64,000 nucleotides of DNA from Octopus sinensis (GCF_006345805.1 NC_043007.1:47058001-47122000); one strand, 5' to 3'. Shown: positions 38,190-53,329, counted from the stretch's first letter. A program made the numbers and translations. The notes: generated by a model from the sequence alone, not told the origin.

Positions 38190-39954
38190 CACAAAATGTG
38201 TAAAAGTGAGAGAGATGCAGAAAAACATAGAAAGAGAGGGACAGAGAGAGGAAAAAGTGAGAGACTACAAAGATTAATGTATGAGGAAATAGACACGAAA
38301 GCAGGAACAGATTTGCAAATTAAATGTGTAATTAAAGAAGACAAAAATCAATAAAGTTTATCACTTACTGAATGCAATCTAAAATCGTGTCGATTTAAAG
38401 TAATAAAAAATACTGGATAAATTTTATGGAAGAAAAAAACAATTGTTCGCATGGTAGATGCCAAATATTGTAATATGTTCGCTGATTGTAACCGTCATTG
38501 CTTTATTTGTTAATCAGTTTAGCGTCCGTTGTAACCGTGTCTCGCAAACAGTACTTCCCTGTTTAATGCTTCTTGTGTTCGAAAATAAAAAAATCTGCAT
38601 CAATGCATCATTTTTGATAGAGATGTATCTTTTATTATTCGAAGGAACCAGGACTAGAATTATGTTATATTGATACAAAATACATTATTCGCAGTATTAT
38701 GGACAATATCCAACTATAAGTATATATGATATCTTTCATTATGTAATTTTTTTGTTGCAAAGTTTTTATAACTTAAATAGTTCCAAATAAGAATAGTATT
38801 TCCGAATTATTTTTTTATATATAATCAATATATAAAAATACAAAATTTCAGTAAGTGTCAAGAATATGGGCTCAGTTTTCCCAGTCAATCCTGATCTACA
38901 TTTCTTAATAGACACTCCGTTCTTTAAGACGGTAGAATTTTCAGAAATATTTGACAGGCATTTCCTTTTGATTCACTACCAGGTAGATGCTTATTCATTA
39001 TTATATCATATTATTGTTGGTGATGCTGTACTTGTTCTTAGCTACAACTCGGTTTCAGCAGAGCTATGATCAAGCATCTTATAGCAATGTTCATCTTATA
39101 TAACGGTGATTACATTGCCTATATTGTCCTTTACTTTTATAGAAGGTAGTTGCCCTATGAGAGAATTTGGCTACCGACGTTGCTTCGTGAATAGGAAGTT
39201 ATCTTCGTAACATCAACATTTGACGTTCGATCCTTTTGCGTTCTGCCTTTGACAGTTGACTTCTATCATAACCTTCCTATTACAACTATATTTGAACGCA
39301 ATTCGATAGACGTTAAGAGTAAAAAATCGTCGCATATGTATGTAGGTGCCTGCGTGTGTATGTGATTGTATGCGTGCTTGTGTTTCACCGATCTATATAC
39401 GCAAAGTTTATAAACGTCAATGAGAGGCTGGAAAACAAGCGACACTTTATTGTTACCTTTAAGTCAACTAGCCAGGAAGTGAAAATGATGAAAGACAGAA
39501 TAAACATACAAAGACATGTCGTAGGACACTGCAAGCATTCCGTAAGCCCATACTGAAGTGGCAGTTGATGTTAGTTGAGTGCTTATGTATCAAACGTTTA
39601 CCCTACACAGTTCGGAATCGAATCTCGGATGGATGGAACATGCTATAAAGAAATTTCTTTTTACATTGCAACAATAATTTTTATTCACAGTCTGGGTATT
39701 GTACTCGGATCATTAAATATCGCAACCAGCGAAAATACGAATATATACCGAGTATAACGGCAATTATAAACTTTGTTATTAGTAACTTAGGTGGAGCTAC
39801 ATAACGAAATAATAGCATCACAAAGAATATTTTCAAAGAAAATAAACACTGCTATTAAAGGTATCGAAGTTAAATTATTGAACTAACGTGCTACACGCAC
39901 ACAAAGTCCACACACGCACAAATTCAAACACTTGTATGTATGTGTGTGTATTCA

Positions 39955-39994
<40 letters not shown>

Positions 39995-40036
39995 TGCGTG
40001 TTTCAGTGTGCGTTTCCGTGTGCGTGTGTGTATGTG

Positions 40037-40243
40037 CGTGGGGGCGCTGAAAAGTTCCTGGCTTTGGTTTACGGGAGAATCAGGTAATTGTGATTTCATT
40101 CAAAATATTTCGTTTCAGAGTTATGCACCTAGTGCAGCGGTCTTTCAGTTTTTCTAAGTCTTGTAAAAGAACTCGGATGATTGTGAGGCCAACCAGACCT
40201 TTTCCGACACCCTTAAAGCCAAGAACATTTTAGCACCTATTCG
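40037..40243. mobile_element. Mariner-type MITE, about 210 bp
   Basis: Degenerate TIRs gtgggggcgctgaaaagttcctggcttt / aaagccaagaacattttagcacctattcg; no ORF. Confidence 0.6.
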
Positions 40244-40814
40244 TGTATGTATATATATCAATGAAAATGCATTGTAAATAAACAACGATAGATAAAAAAA
40301 AACATATACGTATAAGACACAGAGGTTACCCAATTCTTCATCAATTATGAACCAGAATGGTAATACTCAGTTTCGTACTCTTAATGATAAGATGAGGGGC
40401 TTACCATATTGGTGCTGCCTGCGAAAGATGCAGAGTATCCACCTCAAGTAAAAAAAAAGTGACACAGTGGATATACGAAATCTTTAGGTAGATGAGAAAG
40501 GGAGGGAGAGGGACAGGAAGAAGGTTGAGAGAAAATAAAGGATGAAAAGAAGGGGGAAAGGAGAAAGACTACAAATACAAGTGAAATAGTGGAGAGAGAG
40601 AAAGGGCGATAGAGTGGGAGAGAGAGAAAGGTGAAAGTGGACAGGCAAGGGATAGGTGTAACAAGGTGATAGAGAAAAGGAGAAAGAGTACAGTCACATA
40701 TTTTGATTCGAATTCATTGGTACCTCGAGTTTGAAGAGTAACTCTAATCTGCAGCCATTCTGAATTTCAAGTTTGGAGTTTCAAGCATAATGCGAACCTT
40801 CTGCCATTTTGAAT

Positions 40815-41040
40815 TGTGTAGATAATATCATCCCTTAAGGATACATAAAATGTACAACAAAATTGCATGACTGAATTGAACAAGCGCAATAAAACAAATT
40901 TTCCAAACCGGTTTACGACTCGCCCTCAGGTTAATATATCTTCGGTTTAAAAATATTTGATTGTGTTTCCGTCATATTTCAAACCACATCCTCCTTTTAC
41001 TATGCTCTAACATTTTGTTTCATTAAAGAATTTTATTCGA
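40815..41040 (+). repeat. Unclassified interspersed repeat, copy 1
   Basis: Colinear diverged match to 46745-46975 (ggatacat.aaaatgtacaacaaa...catgactgaat...aataaaacaaatttt). Confidence 0.75.
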
Positions 41041-42752
41041 GTATAAATACTCCAGTCCTTCTAGCGGTAACTATTTGTTCGCCACCGCTTGTAACTCGGG
41101 TACCAACGAATTTAAATCACATTCTTTTAGTGTGTGTATGTGTTTATGTAAGTATAACCACATTTAAAGGCTGGAAACATTCAGGGAAAGTAAAATCTTT
41201 TGAAAGTACTGGTTAATTACCAATACAAAGAGTACCCAACATCATATTTAATATACAATGTAACTATATGATCCGTGGTTTAGATATATTTATTTATAAT
41301 AATACTGGGATGAGAGAACAAAAAGCAATTGAGAAATTAGTATTCATTAATTAAAAAATTGACAAATATCCCTTATATCTGTTTCAATTCAGGCTCTCAG
41401 AAAATTTTTAAGTAAATTAAAAAATTATTTGAAAGTCGAATCTCTACAGTGGTAGATATATGTATACACAATAGGTGTTCAATTTCCTCATATTGAATAA
41501 TCGGCTGCAAACTGTTAACTAATAAAAGTTTATACATCAAGAACATAGTATATAAGTGGTAAAGCCCTTAGCAGGGGAGTAATAATATTTATCTGGAGTG
41601 TTAAATATTACAAAGTTCAAGTAGATATAATTGGTAAAAAAGATGTTATATCATGCTGTTATATATATTTTTCTTAAATCAATATAAACTTAGCATGCAA
41701 AGTTTAATTCAAATATGTATAGTTAAGGTGGAACACAATCGGGCAATAAATTGCTTAATAAGAAATCGAAATAGTTAAAAGACCTATAAGAGCATTTACT
41801 CAATGTTAGAGTACATAAAAATTATAAATAAAAATGAATAAATTAAAGTAAATAAATGTAAATGGAGTTGAGAGTGAAAATAGATACAGAAAATAAAATA
41901 TTAATAATTATATTACCATACATCCCTTAAAAATTATTACTGAGCTAGACTAATAAAGATAAAGAGCTATTGGACAAAATTTAATTAAAAGAACTCATAT
42001 ATGCAGCGTTCGTATCGTGAAATGCCGGAGGTAAATATGTTACGTCGCTAAGATACGGAGATATGGCATTTAACATAATTAGATAGATGAAAAAAATAGG
42101 AATTAAACGGAATAAAAATATGCCATAGAGGCAACTTGGGTCAACTGGACATCCGCGTCTTATCCAAGCACCCAAAAGACCCAACACTCAAACAACAACG
42201 GGAGTACGTCCTTATAAATTAAACTTCCTCAATACTAAATAGGAAATATACATAGTAGATATCATACCTCCATATCCATAGTTGACACAGCTAGAGTATA
42301 ATAGTTAGTGGGCTGTTATGTAGATAGATATATGTATGTGTGTGTGCACATGTATGTAAGCATATCGATATGAAAATAAACAGAACAACATACAGACGGA
42401 TAGGTACATAGGTTATAAGAACAGACAAGCACACATACGCAAATGGAGACTGAAACAGATGACCATATATACACACACACTACTCCACACAAGAACACAT
42501 ATAGAGACATGGGTCCACACATATAGAGATGCACATCCTTACATACAAACATGATACATAGTTTCAAAACACACACACACACATCCATAAAAAATACACA
42601 AACACAGACATGCAAGCACATGAATATGCAGAAAACATACATACAGATGCACACACATACATATATACACATGCATACACAAGCATGTATACATACACAT
42701 GCATACATACATACACACATACATACGTACATGCATGCATATGCGCGCGCGT

Positions 42753-42787
<35 letters not shown>

Positions 42788-44127
42788 GACATGCGCACAA
42801 ACAAACAAAGATACGCAGTGTAAATAACAGACAGAGTCAAGACTATTGACAAGGTTGCAAGACGCAACGAAAAGTTTAGGAAAATAAAAATAAGAAATAA
42901 GTGGAAATTTTACCGGTGAGTGTGTTACATTATAAGGCACAAAAAGAAAATTACTCTCTCCAGACACAACAGAATAAAAATGATAATAAGCGCTTAAATA
43001 TGGGTCAATTCAATATGTTAAATTAAAATTTATTAAAAGAAATTGACTAGTTCAATATATAAATAAACATAAAACTCTCAAAACCGGAAGTAGGTATGAA
43101 TATATAGGTGAATGGCTAAATAAAATCTAGGAATAAATTAATTTATGAACATAACAAAGCGAAAACAGGTAGATCTATATGATTGCTGCTTACAGTGAGT
43201 TATGGAATAGCTACAGGGTTTACTTGAGCTAGTACAATTAATTTAATTTAAGGGAGAAAGACGTACGAATAAACTAGGGACAATCTAAATTAGGAACATG
43301 AACAAATTACGAACCAATGAATGTAAATATACAAGTAAACAGATAAAAAAATTGGAAAAATTACTAAGCACATTAGATAAACGTGCATTTAAAGAGAACG
43401 ATGGGGTGGTATATGGGAATTATAAACGTTATTGTTTTTTCCACTACGAGATAAGTAAAAGAATACTGTAATTATATTTAAAGTAAAGTATACTGTAAGA
43501 GTATGTAAATTGAGAAATGACCAAATATAAAAAATAACAGTTAAAGTGAGATAATTAATAATAAATTAATAGTAAATTGAGCGTAGCAAATAAATTGGGC
43601 GTGATAGAAAATTTATATATTATATATTCTTATAAAGGTGTGTAAGGTATAAAGTAAAAATACTATATTAAATGATAAGTTAAATAATAACAAGTTAAGC
43701 GGACTTATAAATAAAATATTAAAAATAAGAAGAAAGAAAGAATAAAATATTTAATTAATAATAATGACGGAAGAATAGAGGGGATAATGTTTAATTTGAT
43801 AGTAGGTAGGTATAAGAAAAAACTGTAATCACAGTTTAAATATAAATAGATGAAGACAGGACTAGAAATAGTTCAAATGGTAATGCGAGTAAGTCAATAA
43901 TGTAAAAGCTAGGTGTAATAATTTATGATAGACACATACATATTGTAATTAATAAATATAATGATGGAACAATAAAATAAAAGTATTATAAGATAGGTGC
44001 AATATATACAGTAAAGATAATGTGTACAAAATAAATATTGAGTTTATAATAATATATAGTTATTAACTTAATTAGCAATATATATATAAGAGCAATATGA
44101 AAAAGAGAAGGTAAATTACAAATACCT

Positions 44128-44181
<54 letters not shown>

Positions 44182-44944
44182 GTAAGTAATAAATATAAAA
44201 TAATGGGGAAATCATAAAGGGTTAGCGAGTGTAAAATGAGAGGGAAAGGGATTAATAACCTACTAGACAATTTTTTAAGAATAATAACTTAAATTACTAA
44301 AAAATACTATATCCGGGTATTAAAATTAAAATATGGACATTTAATTAGGCGAGAAAATATATGAATATATATATATAGATGGTAAGGAATAAATATAGGT
44401 AGGAACCATTAAGAAGGTTTTACCATAAAGAAATAATAGAAATAGGTCAGCAAGTTATTTAAATTTAAATATGTACGTTAGTAATAATAATAATCAAAAT
44501 AGCTATATAATATTTTATCCATATTTAGAAAATACAAACTTAATTTATGAATACAAGAGAGGTGTGCTTATCAATGAGGTTAAGAGTAGGGTCTTTACCA
44601 GAAAGAATAAGAAATATTTCATTTAAGCATGAGCACATTTTTCATATCAATTTGATGGAGAAGTGCAGAGGCAAATATTTACCATTTAAGATCGTACTGT
44701 ATATTCCTTTCCTTTAAATACTAAATAAATTTATTCAGTCCTGTAGACTTAGATTTATGTTCATTCCGAAAAATATAGAGGTGCCGTTACCGCACGTTGG
44801 GATATTACGATTTTACCCATACATGGGAATTCATCATGTATCACTGAAAAAGATAAATTTACACTCAGTCAGTTAGCTGCGCAGAATCTGGACAGCCCAT
44901 GTATATATAGAGAATCAAAATATAAATACATACATAAGTATATA

Positions 44945-45029
<85 letters not shown>

Positions 45030-45031
<2 letters not shown>

Positions 45032-45395
45032 TTACCAGCTACAAGGTTCCGGGTTCAGTCCTAGTGCTTGGCACCTTGAGCAAGTGTCTTCTAGTATAGC
45101 CTCGAGCCGACCAAAGTTTTATTTGGATTTGATAGACGGAAACGGAAAGAAACCCGTCGTATATATGTATATATATGCATGTGTGTGTATATGTTTGTGT
45201 GTCTCTGTTTCCCCACACCTGCATCGCTTGACAACCGATGCTGGTGTGTTTACGTCCCCGTAACGTATCGGTTCGGCAAAAGAGACCGATAGCATAAGTA
45301 CTAGTCTTACAAAGAAAAAGTCTCGGGGTCGATTTGCTCGACTAAAGGTGGTGCTCCAGCATGTCAACGGTCAAATGACTGAGACAAGTAAAAGA

Positions 45396-45397
<2 letters not shown>
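45030..45397 (+). mobile_element. SINE family A, near complete
   Basis: ggttccgggttcagtcc head, caccttgagcaagtgtctt CORE-like motif, internal microsatellite, tail ggtggtgctccagcatg..cggtcaaatgactgagac; (TA)n on both sides. Confidence 0.88.
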
Positions 45398-45430
<33 letters not shown>

Positions 45431-45472
45431 AATAAAAAATGGAGTCAACGCAGGTTTAAACAAGTATTTTTT

Positions 45473-45557
45473 CTTTCTACATATGTTTCAAAAATTCCAC
45501 TGATACTTATTCAAAAGAATAAAAGGCATAAACAATGCAATCTTCTCTTCGGGAAAG
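45473..45557 (-). ncRNA. Hammerhead motif (U4C variant), left arm
   Basis: Mirror image of 45780-45864. Confidence 0.6.
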
Positions 45558-45779
45558 TGAAAAAACGAAACTTGTCAATACGACATTTTAGCAAAAAATG
45601 ATGGATTCGTATAGCGATAGACAGAACGCTATTAATATTGTTTAAAAAAACGTTATATGATATAACGTCATAAGTAGCTAACAGAAAGAGTAGGGATATT
45701 AATAGTGAATGTTAAATATTCGCTATACGAATCCATCATTTTTTGCTAAAATGTCGTATTGACAAGTTTCGTTTTTTCA

Positions 45780-45864
45780 CTTTCCCGAAGAGAAGATTGC
45801 ATTGTTTATACCTTTTATTCTTTTGAATAAGTATCAGTGGAATTTTTGAAACATATGTAGAAAG
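45780..45864 (+). ncRNA. Hammerhead motif (U4C variant), right arm
   Basis: CUUUC-CCGAAGA-GAAGAUUGCAUUG...CAGUGGAAUUUUU-GAAAC-AUAU-GUA-GAAAG. Stem I 5 bp, stem II 12 of 13 pairs plus an inner hairpin, palindromic loop III. Confidence 0.62.
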
Positions 45865-46051
45865 AAAAAATACTTGTTTAAACCTGCGTTGACTCCATTT
45901 TTTATTCCTATTATTCAAATATTCAACGTAAACACGAAGTTTCAACCTTTATAAACAAGGAGTTACAACATCTTTACTTGTGAGAATTTGCTGCCCTGGT
46001 AACTATTCATTCATTTATCCGTGTTAATTGTTAACAAGGTAAAATACACTC

Positions 46052-46094
<43 letters not shown>

Positions 46095-46394
46095 GCATAT
46101 AAACGTTTCATATATAGTATACCTACACTGAATCATGGACACGGACACACACACACAAACACATATATATACATATATACATTTACATAGATTTTAATGT
46201 GTATAACCCCATTAAGTGGATATGCCATACGGTGTGTGTTACACACACACAGGCGCTCACACACATACATACGCATATATGTACGCGTTTATGTAAATGT
46301 GATTGGGTATCCGGGTATACCTCGGCTTATGTTTACGAGTAAACTGCTGTCAGAAAATTAAAAGCCTATCTACATATATCTACATATGTATATG

Positions 46395-46462
<68 letters not shown>

Positions 46463-46744
46463 TATATGTGTGTGTATGTGCGTGTGTGCGAGGCGTTTAT
46501 GTCTGTGTGTGTGTCTCTGTTTGTCTGTGTCTGTGCACGTTTACATGTTTCTGTATATCTACGTATTTTTATAAGGTCCTTCCTATAGTTTAGATATTTG
46601 GAAAAAAGAAAGAGTGAGTTGGGGCGTTTAGAAAGACAATTCATACTGTGAAATTTCTGTTGATATTGATCATCAAGTGTTATCTTGATAGCATTTTTGT
46701 AACAAGAACACACCTGATCCTACTTATCTATTGAAGTTATTGTG

Positions 46745-46975
46745 TTTTTGCCTGGATAATACTGTTCCTTCGGGATACATTAAAATGTACAACAAAGTAC
46801 ATGACTGAATGGATCAAAGCTAATAAAACAAATTTTGCAGTCTACTTCACGTTTGTTTCCCTGATTAATATTTCTTCGGTTAAATCTATTTGATTTTTCA
46901 TACGTTCTATTCCAAACCATAACCTTCTTTTACTGTGCTCTAAGATTTTGTTTCAGCCAAAATTTTGTTCGTTAT
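46745..46975 (+). repeat. Unclassified interspersed repeat, copy 2
   Basis: See 40815-41040. Confidence 0.75.
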
Positions 46976-49900
46976 CGTAAGATACGATAGAAATGTTGGT
47001 TAGTATGAGTGGTAATTAAGTCGAATTAGAATGTTGCAACGTGTTCTTATTTAAATGAACATGTTTATTCCACACAGGCATAATTAACTTAAGTGACCTT
47101 TGTCTGAAATTTTTTCTTTACACATTTGCACCAAATAAATTCTGAACTTGATAGTTCAATTGCTTTTTACTATATACAGAAAATTGAATTTAGTTTAAAA
47201 GCAAAAGGCGCTTCACTAGAAAAGTTGCTATAAACTACATACCGTTATTAGTATCTATCGTGCGTTGTGTGATAATTCATCAAAGAAATAATTTTGTATG
47301 AAGCTCTTTGCCTTTTTATACACTCTGTCATATGGCACTGAAGCTAAGTTGATGGTCACTGAGAAAAGTGAGAGAGAGCGAGAGGCAGACAGACAAACAG
47401 AGACAGACAAATAGAAAAAGAGATAGTGTGAGAGAGAAAGAGATAAAGAAAGGGAGTGATGTCTGAGAGATGACTGTAAAAGAGGATGTCCTTTGTATAC
47501 ACAACACTCAAATGTTCGTTCCACACAGACAGGGAATATTTTACCCTTAGACTAATACAATTTTAGGGAAAATTTTATAATATTTCACAATCACAGACAC
47601 GAAATTTCATAAACAAGAAATTCGCATTATCAAAGCATTCAAAATAGAATACTGTGGTAGCTTTCATTATTTCTAAAATGATTTGAAACTATATTTTACG
47701 TTCATGATTTTATCTTCCATTGCATCTATAAATCTAATATAATGGCTGCTTGTTGTCATTCTTAAAACATGGTTCTGATATCTGAGATAGTTTCTCTTTG
47801 AGCATTTTGTGTGTTTCTCTCTCTTTTAAAATGAAACATACATTAATAAACGTATTTCCATCTATTTCCTATTTTCTATAGATGGCAGTTTTATTTTCTT
47901 CAATATTTCTAGTTTGTATATTTTTTCCTTTTTCATATACATTTCTATTTCTGACACAAGATTTTCTCTTACTATTTTATGATTTTTTTTTTTTACTATG
48001 AAAAGAAATTTTTATTTTGTCTCTGCATCACTTTTGATTTTAGCTTCTATTTATTATATCTAATTTTAGTTTTCCCAGCACCTAAAAGGTTTTAACAATA
48101 TTGAAGTGACTTCTATTTGTAATTAGAAGATAAATAAAAAGGAAAGAAACAAACAAAAGGATTTTTCTTCTTAAAAGAAATTAGCGGAACGGAATGCAGG
48201 TAAAAAATGTTTATCGAATTATAGATAAAGCAGAAATATATTCGGAGAAATATTTCATGACAAATAAATGGTAAAGCAGGGGTTAGATAGGACAAACAAA
48301 ATGAAACATTATAAATGGATAATGGGAAAAGTCACCTGGTTTCGGATGAATACAGAATGATAGATATGTAAATGATGGGGTAACGATATTTTTTTTATGT
48401 CGTCTTTGTATTTAAATACATATTATATGTAAAATGGCACATGCACAAAAAAGTAAGATATGCATGAAGAGAAAGAGAACAAATGAGGAAAGGTCTTAAG
48501 AAATACATTAAAATGAGAGAGAAAGAGAGAGTGAACCGAGACGGAAAATATATGGGGAGGGCGACAAAATGCTCAAAGGGCAGTAAAGATAGATGCAAAA
48601 TAAAAAAAAAACAATAGAAGGCGACCAAAGAATATTAATAGATAGAAAAGTATTTCTGGAAAAGGAGTGGATAAAGAAAAAGTCAACCTGTACCGATATA
48701 TTATCATTTGGAGAGAAACGTTGCGAAATAGTAAACAAAGGATTTAGCAGATGTAGTAAAACATTAATATCACGCTCAAACTACATTTAATCTACCATTA
48801 GTGTGGAGTTTTAGTTTAAGAAAGACATATATGTCTATAATATTACACCCCTTCCTATCTCTCTCACTCTTGTTACATTTTAACATTACTAGAGTTATTT
48901 TTGTTACGACTGCAAATGTTCAATGGATAATCTACACTAAGTGTGTCTATTTTTATATCTGAAATGTGAATACAAAAAGTGAGCAGTAAGTAATAGTGAA
49001 ATAGTGAAATAATAAATGAAACAATATTCTTTTAAGACAGATAGGTCGATATTATGTAGACTACGAAAATCGAAATATCACACAAGAATATACTATTGTG
49101 TGAATCAATGGGAGGTGTTAAAAAACATTTCAGATTTACTTTATTTTTGAAGTTCGCTTTTGTAGGAAACTACTCAATTTACTGAAAAAGAGTAAAATAG
49201 AAGCATTGGACACACCATGCTTTATCCGTATCTGCACTAAAAGTGTCTGCACTAAATTTAGACAGATGTTTGTTTTAAACAAGATTTGTGATACGCCTAA
49301 ATGACGGAAACTACGTGGTCGCTGGTCCTGTAAGGAATATTATCCAGAAATCGCTCAAATATCACCCTACTGCTTTATTAAGATAAAGTACAGTATGTAA
49401 CGTGGTCCTAAATCCACAACTCCTTAAAAGGACATGCCATATCCGTTATTGACCTCTTGTCATCATCTCAGCTCTGTCATATTTATACTGGGTCAACTAC
49501 ATTCATGCACTTAGATATCGTCAAGTAGTATATTTTCTTTGTGGTTCAGTAAGGAATAAGCCTAAAATTATAGGTCTTTCATCTGTGACAATCACCATCT
49601 AATTTTTCAGGAAACATTTATGTAGGTCTACAATATATAATGTATCATCCGTTCCCATTTTAAAGTTATAGGTAGTAACTTAAGTGAGACATCGCTGTTA
49701 TTTACATTTCTCATTCATTTTATCGTGGAGAGCTTTGTCAAATATAATGGAGACAGTATGTTTAAAGAAATTTGTGACGTTAAATGTTGACGGCACTTAA
49801 AGACCAACGCGAGTCTACGACGCATAACTGTTATTTCTGAAAGAAAGTCCAGTACTTTTATAACCAGGTGATTAATCGACATCACTGACACCCACCCCAC

Positions 49901-51249
49901 CACCAATACTTTACCAATGCATGCATTATTTTATAATCGCTAGCGTGATAAAAGGTATAGCTGCTTCGAGAAGGAATTTAACTCAGGACATAAAGAGTCT
50001 AAAGAAATAACGCAAGACATTGTGGCCGATATACTAACGATTCTGTAAGCTTGCCACCTGAAAAGAATATAAATTTTGAAGGGGTTTACTTGCTAATTGA
50101 TACTGTACTTGAGTAGTGAAAGGTTCTGTGAATAAGAAACAGAGAGTCACAGATCATGGTGTAAAATATGACACAGAGTAAACGAACGCTCTCATATATA
50201 AGTCCAACTATACCAAAGGCTAGGTTGCTCACATTCTCTCTGAATGCCACAGGTCATTTGGACTGAACGAATAAAATTGAGTTAGTCATTATTTCCTCTT
50301 CTTAACTATACATTTATAAGTTCTCGTAAATCATATTCATTCGTTTCTTGTCATTTATTCTCTTCTGAGAAAGTCCAAGTTTATCTCATCTAGTGTCAGC
50401 CAAGATAATTAATATTACAGATTACAAATAGTCTTACTAAATTTATCAGTTTTACATCTTGAACTCTATATTTGCTAACCTAAGTTGGCCTGTAAACTTT
50501 ATATCAACACATACCGATCTATCAGTATATACAGGTATTACATTTTTTGTCGGATAACACTCTTGAACTTGACAAATTTGTCATGATTTGTGCCCAGGGC
50601 AGTGTGGAATCTGGAATTGATTTTCGAATAAATATCTAACGGTGCCGGGTGGCGGGGGGAGGGGGGATACTAAAATTAAATTGAAAAGTATTTTGTTTTT
50701 ATTATACAATTGTCTATTATAATTACTGATCTATTTACAAGTAAAAAAGGAAAATATATACATGATTCAGATATGATATATTTTCGTATATTTAAGGCAT
50801 ATTTAAGGACTGAATATGCATACACATAAACGCAGATATGAATACATGTGTCTTTGTGTGTGTGTGTTGAAGTAAATATTTGGTATAATTCTCCTATATA
50901 CTGGTCGCATCTATTTTCCCCTACTCGATATGGTTTGGCCGCACTAATTATTTTCCGCTCTGTAGAATATCTATGGTCCTTGTCTTTAATTGACCAGATT
51001 AGTTTGCTTAGACTATTATCATTTATTTTTTCCTATCACTAAAAGAATTTAAGTGATTAGCTGGTCTGCTCTTGAAATGAAAGGAGCTTGCCCCTATATA
51101 AAAGTATATCCTTCTTTGAGAGGTGATTTTGCATCTATACACCAAGACTTTTGTCAGACATCTAGAGTCTAACGGGCATAATGTGTCCGTGGCACAATAG
51201 CATAGTCTTGATTCCCTATTTCTATTATTTATTGTCTAGTAGTTTATAC

Positions 51250-51760
51250 TAGACGTCTCTCTCATAATCGTTTCTCTCGCTCCAGTATTCTTTCTGAATT
51301 CCCTATGCATAGGTGTTTGTATTCTGGTATTTCTAGAAGTTCGCGCTCCTTGTCCTATGGAGATATCATAATGGGTTAGGGTTATTTATCGTTGGCTGCT
51401 GGTTCTTAGGTTGCCACGCCTCCTGCATCTACTGCGTGTTATTGCGGTTTCAGCGCCTAAGTCTCGTCTGTTGTTAATTATCTCTGTCCTATCCTTCAGA
51501 TTTGGATTACTAAAATTTCCGTTAATAGATTCCCCATTTCAGTTTAGTGCACTATTATCGAGATTCATTAGGTAGAAGGATAGCATTCTCGGATTATGTG
51601 TTGCAATTATTTATTCAAGGTTACGGCTAGAGAAGAGGGCGATGCTTACGTTATGTGTATTAAGTGTTTTATGGTACTTGCTAGATTCGAGAAAGTGATT
51701 TTCGATTGCTGTGTAGGACAGTTTTGGGATGTTGGATATTATTTGTTTCTCGATATTATT
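51250..51760 (-). pseudogene. Highly decayed Penelope-like element linker/GIY-YIG remnant
   Basis: NHFLESSKYHKTLNTHNVSIALFSSRNLE*IIATHNPRML resembles the PLE linker KHF....HKIFN.N.+K+SYS..N+..II..HN; weak CIGNSERIL downstream. Confidence 0.45.
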
Positions 51761-53329
51761 CGAATACTCTTGTGTGGGTCGCTTACTATTATATTTCCTT
51801 GTTATGTTTTGTGTATGTGGACATCCAGGCTGGTTCCTTCATTTTCATTGTACGGCGTACTATGGCATTGTACTGCACGCACCAATCTGTTATAAAAAAA
51901 TTAACTAGCTTTGAACCATGCAATTTCACTATGCTCCCTAAGATTGCATTAAATTATTAATTATCTCTACATATTATTCCTCATAAAAGAATTTTTTTAT
52001 CCATGGGATTATTGGAGATACACCGTATTTAATAAGGTGCACTGTCAATCTATTCAACTAATGTACTTTAAAAAATGTGGTTTAAAATATTTAAAATCTT
52101 ATAGTTAATATCCTATTGGTCTTTAACATTGTAAAATGCATAAGCGTCTTAAATTATATCGCTTACGTTATTTAATACGAAACCCCGTATAAATAATTTT
52201 ACAATATACAGTATTTTGGAAAAAGTAATAATTAGTTGAATGCATTGTTTACAAATCTGATTCTCTACCATTCTTATTTCTCATATGTCTGTAGTCGAAT
52301 TAAAATTCATTCAGACATGAACTAATTCATTATTCAAATAACATGATTAATATGTAATTTAATTATATAAATTAGTGCTCAGTAATTCCTTCATAACTTG
52401 GAAAGGAAGCAAAATATCAAATGTATCCACCTAGCTGAACTTTAGATAATTTATCATCCATTCACATCATAAATAACATTACAATTTTGCTGCCGGCGGT
52501 GCTACTTTAATTCTTGTTTTTGTAAATACTTGCTATAATCGCTTATTCTAAATTATGTTTAATGTCAAAGAAATTTTGCCGAGAAAATTTACATCAGAAT
52601 TGCCGATTTCTAATATTTGCTTAATTAAAGATATTGGTTTCAATTTAAATTTTCTGAAAATTGTCGGCATACGAAATCTTATCTAAACATGCAGTAAGTT
52701 GGCATGTTAAGAGACGCTTGTATATATGCTTTGCCTTATTTAATTGTGTCCATTTGTAAATTCCAACAATTATGTAATCCCTTAAAATTATGTGGAATTA
52801 TGCCAGATTGAAAATTACTGGCGCTGAATATTATAAAAGATAAGGCACTTACTAAATTCCATGTAGCATTTAATTTTATCCCACTATATAATGTCTTCAA
52901 ATATCATCACAATTACATTGGAATAGGTATTCTATTGATTCACTGTTTATAGATGTACTAGTTAATTTATTTCTTTTGCTCAAGTTTAGTGCTGGCTGAG
53001 GTGACAAATGCTTGAAAGGTGTTCCAATTATGACCAATCTCTCAAGACATTGCATAATTCGGATTACATTAGTTGATTTATAAAAAAATCCCGATCTATG
53101 TATACAAGCCTCTGAAACTCCCCACAAATGGCACCTGTTTGAAACCAGCTTGCTGGGATGTGGGATTGAGACTGGAACTATATATTCGGCTTATGAACTC
53201 CTTCATTTCACTCCAATATTATGTGACAATAATATAGGCATTTGAATTTTCAGTTATTGATATGTGTAATGTTATTTGTAAAGGTTTGGCAACTTGATAG
53301 TCACTTAATCTCTGTGAAATATCAGCCAA

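Larger units (their letters stand above)
45427..45910. mobile_element. Inverted pair of 191-bp hammerhead-bearing units with 102-bp spacer (inverted pLTR-like)
   Basis: 45427-45617 is the reverse complement of 45720-45910 (one mismatch seen); starts at a (TA)n edge. Confidence 0.75.

Noticed and set aside
41100-44700. Possible NUMT
   Set aside because: No cox/cob/nad/atp motifs under the invertebrate mitochondrial code, and the A+G skew is unlike mollusc mtDNA strands.
52400-53200. Minus-strand peptides faintly like LRR/LRRCT (LERLVIIGTPF, FQCNCDDI) or a PLE RT thumb (GAICGEFQRLVY)
   Set aside because: Mutually inconsistent, in different frames with many stops; needs a profile search.
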